Part shown: positions 38,407-45,020 of the stretch, in pieces
How the letters are laid out: the number at the start of each line of letters is the position of its first letter
Numbering within the stretch: the stretch's first letter is position 1
NCBI RefSeq assembly: GCF_049969415.1
Contig: NZ_JBMFOX010000008.1
Coordinates: forward strand, 1 to 45,020
Origin: Candidatus Hadarchaeum sp.
GTDB lineage: Archaea; Hadarchaeota; Hadarchaeia; Hadarchaeales; Hadarchaeaceae
Direction of reading: 5' to 3'
DNA: 45,020 nt
The notes under the pieces: generated by a model
Seen by the model: the letters and a program-made list of their open reading frames with translations, nothing else
What the model was told of the DNA's origin: nothing
Database searches by the model: none
Program-made: the position numbers and the translations under genes

Positions 38407-40268
38407 GCCTGAGCGAATTTTTTATCCTGCTTCTTGGCGTTGTTCTTCTGGGCTTGGTGCTGGTCTTTGTAATCTACTCGACCGAAAACATGAGAAGATT
38501 TAGATATTCTGCGGCCTTAATGGTGACGGCCGTAGGAGCAATCTGCTTTTTACTTTCAATGGTATCAACGGCCTTAGCCATTTTCTTTGTTGCTGAAGTA
38601 ACTGCCCACACCGCAGCTATTTTCTGGGTCTTCGGAAGTGCTCTAGTTCTGACGGGCCAATTTTGGCGGGTTGCGGTTTTTAGGAGAATCTATGGTTCCG
38701 TAAGAGCCGTGATAAATCTCTCTAGCTCCAAGTGGTCCTTAGCCGGTACCATTGCGCTAATCCTCGGAATTCCCGTTTACTTCATCTTCTTTTACCAATC
38801 AATTGCCGAGGGATTCAGCTGGTACAGCGTCGGAAGCGAGGCATTATGGGTATTTGTCTTTGCCTGCTTGATTATCGCTGAAAGGAAGCTGTTCCAAGTT
38901 TCGAGCGCTCCGCATCCGATACTGCGGGAAACTACGATTCAGAACGAAGCTCAAACTTTAGTGGCTTATTCAAACTTAACGAACAGGTTTCTGGCCCACC
39001 TCATACCCGTCATCGGCGTCTCGGGAGTTGAAGATGCCCTCACCAGCTGCGTTGAGGAACATCCCATCCTGTTTGGGGATAAGATTATTGAGGGCGGGCT
39101 GCTCAACGTGGACCAACTGATAAAAAACAGCAGACGCATTCACGAGAGCGAGAGACCCCGAGAACTCCTCAGCGCTTTTTCTGATCTAAACACGACCATA
39201 ATAGACCTCTACGCCGCGCTCACGTCGCCGGTCCAGGCGTATCACATGGTGGGCACCGAGGCGGAAATTTATCGGGACGATGCAGCTCTCTGGAATGCTG
39301 GTGTTCCTCTGGGCAAATATAGCGAGGCCGTTTACGAGAGGGAGCTAATGCTCGGACTGCCTGAGGGAATCGCGGACGCCGGCAAGGTGAATAACTTCGC
39401 TTACATCCTGTTCAAACGATATCTGGAACAGCTGCTGAGCAAATGTAAAAAATCAACGAGAATCGACTTGAAAAGGAAGCTGGATGAACTGGCCAAGAAA
39501 AATCAGATGGTTGGGCTGGTTGATATCTCTGACGAGGGGAAGATTGACCTGGGCAACCTTTACCAACACCTGTCAAAACTGAAATTCAAAGAGGGCATGC
39601 GTGAAATCGTGAAGACGTTCTCCGATGTCTTCAACGCCTGCTACGAGGCTGCCAAGAAAGATCTGGGTCTGAAAAAGGCTTCGGAGACGGCCACGGAGAT
39701 ACTCTCCGAGCTGCTGCGCAGATACGGCGGTTTCCTGCAGCACTACGGCATCATCGAAGCCATTCCGGAGGGAGTTCAAATCCCGGGCACCTATCTCCCC
39801 TTGGTAACAGGGAAGTGCTACCTCGTGGAAGGGAGGAGCCCAAGACATGCCTTCAAGATGTTCGCCGATCTGGTGCGGTTCGGCAACCCCGGACTTATCA
39901 TAACCACCTCCCACCCGACACACATCAGAAAGGAATACAACCTTCCGGAAAGAATCACCATCCTCTGGCTCTCAAAGGTGGAGGTGGAGTACGCAATTTC
40001 CCCATCGAACCTCGGAATCATCCGGGACCGCATCTCGGCCTTCGTCACCAAGAAGGAGAACGCGGTGGTCATGCTCGAAGGTCTGGAATACCTGATCACC
40101 ACCAACGGCTTCGATCTGACGCTGAAGCTGATGCACGACATCAGGGAGATAACCATGGTCAACCGCGCCCGGCTCATCGTGCCGGTGGCGCCGCTGACCC
40201 TTGAACCCAAACAGTTGGAGATGTTACGGCGCTTTATGGAGGTGATTGCGGTGGAGGGAAAAGCATGA
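38403..40268 (+). CDS. Membrane protein with about 5 TM, two helical repeats and C-terminal DUF835 domain
   Basis: N-terminal TM helices; C-terminal GLIITTSHP..ILWLSK..ISPSNL..VVMLEGLEYLITTNGF..KLMHDIRE..LIVPV.P..LE.KQLEML. Confidence 0.8.
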   Translation: MSLSEFFILLLGVVLLGLVLVFVIYSTENMRRFRYSAALMVTAVGAICFLLSMVSTALAIFFVAEVTAHTAAIFWVFGSALVLTGQFWRVAVFRRIYGSVRAVINLSSSKWSLAGTIALILGIPVYFIFFYQSIAEGFSWYSVGSEALWVFVFACLIIAERKLFQVSSAPHPILRETTIQNEAQTLVAYSNLTNRFLAHLIPVIGVSGVEDALTSCVEEHPILFGDKIIEGGLLNVDQLIKNSRRIHESERPRELLSAFSDLNTTIIDLYAALTSPVQAYHMVGTEAEIYRDDAALWNAGVPLGKYSEAVYERELMLGLPEGIADAGKVNNFAYILFKRYLEQLLSKCKKSTRIDLKRKLDELAKKNQMVGLVDISDEGKIDLGNLYQHLSKLKFKEGMREIVKTFSDVFNACYEAAKKDLGLKKASETATEILSELLRRYGGFLQHYGIIEAIPEGVQIPGTYLPLVTGKCYLVEGRSPRHAFKMFADLVRFGNPGLIITTSHPTHIRKEYNLPERITILWLSKVEVEYAISPSNLGIIRDRISAFVTKKENAVVMLEGLEYLITTNGFDLTLKLMHDIREITMVNRARLIVPVAPLTLEPKQLEMLRRFMEVIAVEGKA

Positions 40269-40368
40269 TGAAATTCTTAACCGGATTAAACGCGGTAAAC
40301 ACGCGGGGTTTAAAAAGGAAGCATTTATTCCCGCGCCCGAGCAAGCAGGAGCAAGGTGGTGGTAAGAG

Positions 40369-41337
40369 ATGGTGACGTCTAGGGACTCGACCACGATCCC
40401 GCTCGATAAGAAGGTACTCATGATCAACGAAATCCTCATCAGCGACTGTTCGCTGCTGCTCTACAGCTCTGGAGTGAACGTCTGGCAATCCTTCGGCTCC
40501 TTCATCGACAGCGGGCTGGCCAACGGGGAGACCTGTCTTTATGCGTACGACGAATCGAGCAACAAGTTGCAACTGGAAACCATCTTCGGGGAATACCTTT
40601 CCAGCGGCAGGCTCCTGAGGTTCCCGCTGGGCAGAGGCTATCTTCCCAAGGAGATCGAAGAACTGGGAGAAAAACTGAAGGAGCTGTGCGCGAAGTCTCG
40701 CTCGGAAAAATGCCCGGCCCGAGTTCTGGTCGACTTCGGTGGCCTTATCACTAGGCACAGCTTCGACAAGGCCTTCGGTCTTCTGAAGGAGGTGATGGCA
40801 AGGAAGGAGGAATCGTTCACGCTGCCGCAGGAGAGGAAAAAACAGCCGGTTTTGCGGACCGCGATAGTGGCCTTCAACCTGGAATCACTGAATGAGGGGG
40901 AAATCAAGGCTTTGCTGGAAACGAGTCAAAACGTGATGATCTCCACGAACGACGGGACCACCACCCTGGCGCTGAACTTCAGGTACCGCCAGAGGATCCC
41001 GGAGCTCGAGCTGGCCCCGAAGGAATCGCTGGAGCATTTCGTCAAGCGACACCTAGAGACCATCGTCCTGTCAATGCTGACCGAGCATCCGATGTGCGGT
41101 TATGACGTCATCAAGACGATCTACCAGCGTTATTACACCTCGCTGAGCCAAGGGACCGTCTACTCCCTGCTCTACTCGATGGAGGCCCGGGGACTGGTGA
41201 CCGTGATGAAAACAGAATCACAGCGGTCCAAGCTCTACGTCCTGACGAAAAGGGGTCGGGAGCTGGCGGAGAGCCGGATAAAGGAGTTCATCACCGCCCA
41301 GCGCTATCTGCTCGAGTCAATTCAAAAGCCCGGGTAA
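40369..41337 (+). CDS. MEDS-like sensory domain fused to PadR-family wHTH regulator
   Basis: N-terminal LLY..FIDSGLANGETCLY..RVLVDF (MEDS-like); C-terminal PMCGYDVIK..SQGTVYSLLYSMEARGLV..KLYVLTKRG. Confidence 0.72.
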   Translation: MVTSRDSTTIPLDKKVLMINEILISDCSLLLYSSGVNVWQSFGSFIDSGLANGETCLYAYDESSNKLQLETIFGEYLSSGRLLRFPLGRGYLPKEIEELGEKLKELCAKSRSEKCPARVLVDFGGLITRHSFDKAFGLLKEVMARKEESFTLPQERKKQPVLRTAIVAFNLESLNEGEIKALLETSQNVMISTNDGTTTLALNFRYRQRIPELELAPKESLEHFVKRHLETIVLSMLTEHPMCGYDVIKTIYQRYYTSLSQGTVYSLLYSMEARGLVTVMKTESQRSKLYVLTKRGRELAESRIKEFITAQRYLLESIQKPG

Positions 41338-41346
41338 CCGACGCCC

Positions 41347-41682
41347 TCAGCCGCTGGACTCGAGGAAATCGAGGACCATCCTCTTGGCGCTGATGTATCC
41401 CTCCAGCAGCCCTCGGATCTTCTCCTCCATCCCCTCAGCCGTCCGGTACCTCTTTATCTTTCCGCCCCGCTCGAACTCAACTAGCCCTCTCCGCTTCAGC
41501 TCGTGCAGTAGCGGATAGACCGTCCCCGGGCTGAGCAGCAGGCCGAACTTCTCGTGAATGGTCCTGATGATATCGGTTCCGCACATCGGCTGTTTCATCA
41601 ACAGCGCCAAGACCAGATACTCCAGCTCGCCCCGGACCGGGCTTGGCATCAACCCTGGAGCTCCTTCCATCACCCCCACCAC
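41347..41682 (-). CDS. PadR-family transcriptional regulator
   Basis: LEYLVLALL..PMCGTDII..SPGTVYPLLHELKRRGLV..KRY. Confidence 0.88.
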   Translation of the reverse strand: MVGVMEGAPGLMPSPVRGELEYLVLALLMKQPMCGTDIIRTIHEKFGLLLSPGTVYPLLHELKRRGLVEFERGGKIKRYRTAEGMEEKIRGLLEGYISAKRMVLDFLESSG

Positions 41683-41792
41683 AATCCTCCGTTAACGTGT
41701 TCTTATATATCGATTTTCGTGTCGAGATTTGATAGATTTTCCATAAGAAAACCCATTTTTAAAACCGAGGTTCCCGCTCACTGGGTGCCCGG

Positions 41793-42179
41793 GTGACCAC
41801 TGGTAGCGCCGAGACATGGACAAGAGCGCTGGAGCTGCTGAGGTCAATCAGGATCGACCGGGAGAGGCTGTCCGAGGTGGAAAAGATGGTAAATCAGCTG
41901 TTGATGGAGCTGGAAAATGCCTCGGGGCGGGGGGCGCTTTACAACCCGCGCGATGTCCACGAACAGCTGCAGGTCTTGGTCAGGTTGAGCTGCGCCATCG
42001 AACGACTCAGCCGGGAAATGGAGGAGCTGGAGAGAATTGAGAAGAAAATGCAGCTCGTGGAAAAGAGGATTGAGATGGACCTGAGGACTATGGAACAGAT
42101 CAGGGAGCAGTTGAAGAAAAAGCTGCAGATCGTGGTCAAGGAGGAAAAGTCTGAGTTAAAAACTGGTTCTCAAACATAA
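41793..42179 (+). CDS. Hypothetical coiled-coil protein
   Basis: 128-aa E/K/L-rich heptad pattern, host-like codon usage; TTTTAAAA upstream. Confidence 0.55.
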   Translation: MTTGSAETWTRALELLRSIRIDRERLSEVEKMVNQLLMELENASGRGALYNPRDVHEQLQVLVRLSCAIERLSREMEELERIEKKMQLVEKRIEMDLRTMEQIREQLKKKLQIVVKEEKSELKTGSQT

Positions 42180-42253
42180 CTGATATCCTTGCTTTGAGCC
42201 AAACTTTGAACCTCGACAAAACATTTTTATTCACCCACGTGGGACTTTCAGCC

Positions 42254-43462
42254 ATGACCGAAGAAATTTCAACCATCGGAAACGTGGAGTTTAACTATCC
42301 GAAGAAGTATATCTTCGGACCAAACGCGGTCGACAACATCTGCCGCGAAGTGGAGCCCCTCGCCAAAAGGGAGTCAAAAATTTTAATTGTGACTGACAAG
42401 AACCTGATGGAAATCGGACTGGTCAACAGGATCCTGAAGCCACTCGAAGAAGAAAAATATTCCCTGACCGTCTACGACCAGGCTTCGCAGGAGCCAACCA
42501 TGAGCATGGTGGAAAAGGTTGCCGAAAAGGCGAGGGCTGAAAAACCGGACCTCGTCATCGGCTTTGGGGGCGGCAGCGCTCTGGATATGGCCAAGTTCGC
42601 GGCCGCAGCCGTCACCAACCCCGGCCCGATGAAGGACTACATCACCTACCTCCAAGACAGCATCAAGGTACCACCGGTTCCCAAAATCCTCATCCCCACC
42701 ACCGCCGGAACCGGCAGCGAGGCCTCGGGTTACGCCGTGGTCATCGAAGAAAAGGGTTACAAGGGATTCGTGATGAGCCCAAAAATCGTTTCTGACGTGG
42801 CCATTGTCGACCCAACCCTTTCGCAATCAATGCCGCCAAGGCTGACCGCACACACCGGTCTGGACGCCCTCTCCCATGGCGTGGAGGCGGTGCTGTCATT
42901 CACGGCCAACATGTTCTCCGACACCTACGCCTACCGGGCCGTTGAACTCGCTGCAAAACACCTGCGGAGAGCATATCATCACGGTAAAGATCTGGTTGCC
43001 AGAGCCGGAATGGCCCTAGCCGCGACATACGGCGGAATCGCGATCACCACCCCTGCTGCGGTCAACATCGGACACTGCCTTGGAGAAACCATCGGGCCCA
43101 AATATCACCTTCCCCACGGCGCCGCCTGCGGCATCGTCCTGCCCTACATAACCAAGTTCAACATCGCCGCTTGGCCGGAGAGGGTCGCTTCACTGGCAAG
43201 GTTCTTCACCGAAGAGCCTGCCCCAGATGTGAGAAAGCGAGCCCTGCAGGTGGTCGAGGGGCTAAAGGAACTCCTCCTGGATCTCAACATCCCCATCAGC
43301 TTAAAGGAGCTGAACATCCCGCGGGAGGATCTGGAAAAACTGGCCGAATTCATCGCTAAGGAACAGCAGTACAACTACGGCCTGCCCGACATCAACCCGG
43401 CGGTAATCACGCTGGAAAACACCAAGAAACTGCTGAACGACATCTGGGAAGGAAATATCTAA
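42254..43462 (+). CDS. Iron-containing alcohol dehydrogenase
   Basis: GFGGGSALD.AK, IPTTAGTGSE, AIVDP, GLDALSHGVE, GH..G..HLPHG. Confidence 0.93.
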   Translation: MTEEISTIGNVEFNYPKKYIFGPNAVDNICREVEPLAKRESKILIVTDKNLMEIGLVNRILKPLEEEKYSLTVYDQASQEPTMSMVEKVAEKARAEKPDLVIGFGGGSALDMAKFAAAAVTNPGPMKDYITYLQDSIKVPPVPKILIPTTAGTGSEASGYAVVIEEKGYKGFVMSPKIVSDVAIVDPTLSQSMPPRLTAHTGLDALSHGVEAVLSFTANMFSDTYAYRAVELAAKHLRRAYHHGKDLVARAGMALAATYGGIAITTPAAVNIGHCLGETIGPKYHLPHGAACGIVLPYITKFNIAAWPERVASLARFFTEEPAPDVRKRALQVVEGLKELLLDLNIPISLKELNIPREDLEKLAEFIAKEQQYNYGLPDINPAVITLENTKKLLNDIWEGNI

Positions 43463-43498
43463 TCAAGCCCACGAGTTAAGTGATTCTACCGCCAAAAA

Positions 43499-43909
43499 CT
43501 AGAGGCTCTTGGCTTCCAGCGCAGCCACGGGGCACCACTTTACGCATTCTGGGTCCCCGCCGCAGAGGTCGCAGATCAGCGGTTTTCTGCTTTTCTCATC
43601 CATCCTGATCGCCGAGTAGGGACAGCTCCTCACGCACAGCCCGCAGCCCGTACAGGCCTCCCGGTCGAGCACAATGGCGTTGCTCGCTTCATCCTTCCTC
43701 AGCGCGGAAACCGGACAGGCTTTGACGCAGGCCTGCTCGGCACACTGAATGCAGGCCACCGGATACATTATTGTTCTAGGGTTGCTGACGACGACCTGAA
43801 CCCGCGATAACTCTGGAGCAAACGCCCCCGTCTTCCTAAACGAGCAGGCCAGTTCACACGTCCTGCAGCCAACGCATTTTTCCGGGTGAATTTCCAGTTT
43901 TACCGGCAT
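43499..43909 (-). CDS. 4Fe-4S dicluster (DmsB/AorA-like) electron-transfer subunit
   Basis: CVGCRTCELAC, CIQC..ACVKACP, CTGCGLCVRSCP, CDLC.GDPECVKWCP; start ATG 43909. Confidence 0.92.
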   Translation of the reverse strand: MPVKLEIHPEKCVGCRTCELACSFRKTGAFAPELSRVQVVVSNPRTIMYPVACIQCAEQACVKACPVSALRKDEASNAIVLDREACTGCGLCVRSCPYSAIRMDEKSRKPLICDLCGGDPECVKWCPVAALEAKSL

Positions 43910-43919
43910 TTTATTTACC

Positions 43920-44696
43920 TCACAGAAACTCCTCGAGACCCAGCTCCGCCAGTTTCTCCTTGGTCGGCGCCCCATTCGAGTCCCATTTTCTCAGCTTGTA
44001 ATAATCGTCCAGCATCCGGTTCAGGTCGCTGTCGCTGACCATGTGCCCCTTTGCCGGCCCGGACGGCAGCGGCTCCTCCTTAAACCTTCGGGGCAGGTCA
44101 TCGTCCTTACGGGTAAAGCCCTCGCGGACGTTGAACATTCGGGTGAGATTCCAAACGCGCTCACCAATCCTGAGAAACTCATCAGCGCTAATATCCCATC
44201 CGGTTGCCGCCGAAAGTAGCTGCGCTGAATGCTCCGGCATAAGTCCGGTTCGGCTGAAATCACAGCCGACCAGCGTGTCCACCGCGGCGAACCAGTCCTG
44301 CTCCCACTTTACGATCTCAGCCTTGCCGTTGAGCGACAGGCGCTCTACCGGCCCCGAGGGTCCGGGAATTCCCTCAACCTCATAGCCCACGGGCCACCCC
44401 CGCTCATGGCAGCCCCCCCTGTCCGCGGTCGCCAGCGCCAGCCCCATCCCTGGAGAGCCCCGCGGCGGCCAAGCAGGTGTTTCTAGCCCCTTGATATGGA
44501 TGGCGAAATCCCTGGCCCTTCCACCGACCATCTCCGCGACCTGCTTCACCCCCTCCGCTAGCAGATCTCCAACGCCTTCGCGGTAGGCCATCCTCTTGAT
44601 CAGCTCGAGCACCGCCTCGCCGTTGCCGAATCTCAGCTTCAGCGCCTCAAGCTCAGCTGGCCTCCAGATGCCCCTCTCGAACAGCTCCATGGCGAA
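43920..44696 (-). CDS. C-terminal third of an aldehyde:ferredoxin oxidoreductase (N-terminus missing)
   Basis: FAMELFERG..LRFGN..REGVGDLLAEG..IKGLE..DRGGCH..GERVWNL.R.FN.REG..DD.LP.RF..YYKLR.WD. Confidence 0.85.
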   Translation of the reverse strand, partial: FAMELFERGIWRPAELEALKLRFGNGEAVLELIKRMAYREGVGDLLAEGVKQVAEMVGGRARDFAIHIKGLETPAWPPRGSPGMGLALATADRGGCHERGWPVGYEVEGIPGPSGPVERLSLNGKAEIVKWEQDWFAAVDTLVGCDFSRTGLMPEHSAQLLSAATGWDISADEFLRIGERVWNLTRMFNVREGFTRKDDDLPRRFKEEPLPSGPAKGHMVSDSDLNRMLDDYYKLRKWDSNGAPTKEKLAELGLEEFL

Positions 44697-45020
44697 TTCG
44701 TCGGGATAATCGCCGTCGAATACAACCTTCACGATGCCGGCATTGATGATCATCTTGGCACAGTTATTGCACGGCTGGCAGGTTACGTAAAGTGTGGCGC
44801 CACGCAAGGACACCCCGTTGAGCGCCCCCTGCACAATGGCATTCTGCTCAGCATGAAGAGTACGGATGCAATGGCCGTCCTGCATCTTGCAGCCAACTTC
44901 CGTACAGTGAGGCAATCCATGAGGCGCCCCGTTGTACCCGGTGGTCAGAATGCGCCGATCCCGTACTACAACGGCCCCTACGTGGCGGCGGTTGCACGTT
45001 GCCCGGGTGGACACGACCCG
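44679..45020 (-). CDS. dCMP deaminase/ComEB-like fragment joined in frame to the AOR fragment; 5'-truncated
   Basis: RATC.RR.VGAV, TGYNG, HAEQNAI, PCNNCAKMIINAGI, YPDE. Confidence 0.8.

Noticed and set aside
1-45020. CRISPR arrays, tRNA/rRNA, prophage or defence genes
   Set aside because: No spaced direct repeats, cloverleafs or hallmark genes seen by eye. tRNAscan-SE or Infernal would be needed to exclude small RNAs.

Overview
Archaeal genomic window (canonical archaeal rps19e-PDCD5-rpl39e-rpl31e-aIF6-rplX-pfdA-ftsY cluster, TATA-type promoters, F420 genes). The gene content fits an anaerobic heterotrophic euryarchaeote-like lineage (Hadarchaeota-like is a guess, not established). Left to right: (1) 1-10150, catabolic genes: a YgeW/AOTCase-type carbamoyltransferase, a cyclic amidohydrolase, a tungsten AOR, a PreA-like flavo-Fe-S enzyme, AcdA, a non-Pyl MttB and an OCD-family enzyme; (2) an intact IS481-family element with 26-bp TIRs; (3) an arsenic/metal-resistance island (arsP-like, 2x DUF169, transporter remnant, frameshifted B12-radical SAM gene, 3 thioredoxin-like proteins, 2 ArsR, acr3) with visible operators; (4) a complete F420 biosynthesis cluster (cofCDEGH) with mer and npdG, plus lysE, trpB2 and two stand-alone Lrp domains; (5) translation/housekeeping genes; (6) the best candidate for an undescribed system, 34293-42179: KaiC-like ATPase, GH3-family adenylating enzyme, stand-alone 7TM sensor, two DUF835 proteins, MEDS-PadR and PadR, which looks like a kinase-free signal synthesis and perception circuit; (7) Fe-ADH, a ferredoxin-like subunit and a terminal dCMP-deaminase/AOR chimera that is probably an assembly artefact. 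No rRNA, tRNA or CRISPR array was recognised. All family calls come from motif recognition, not database searches.
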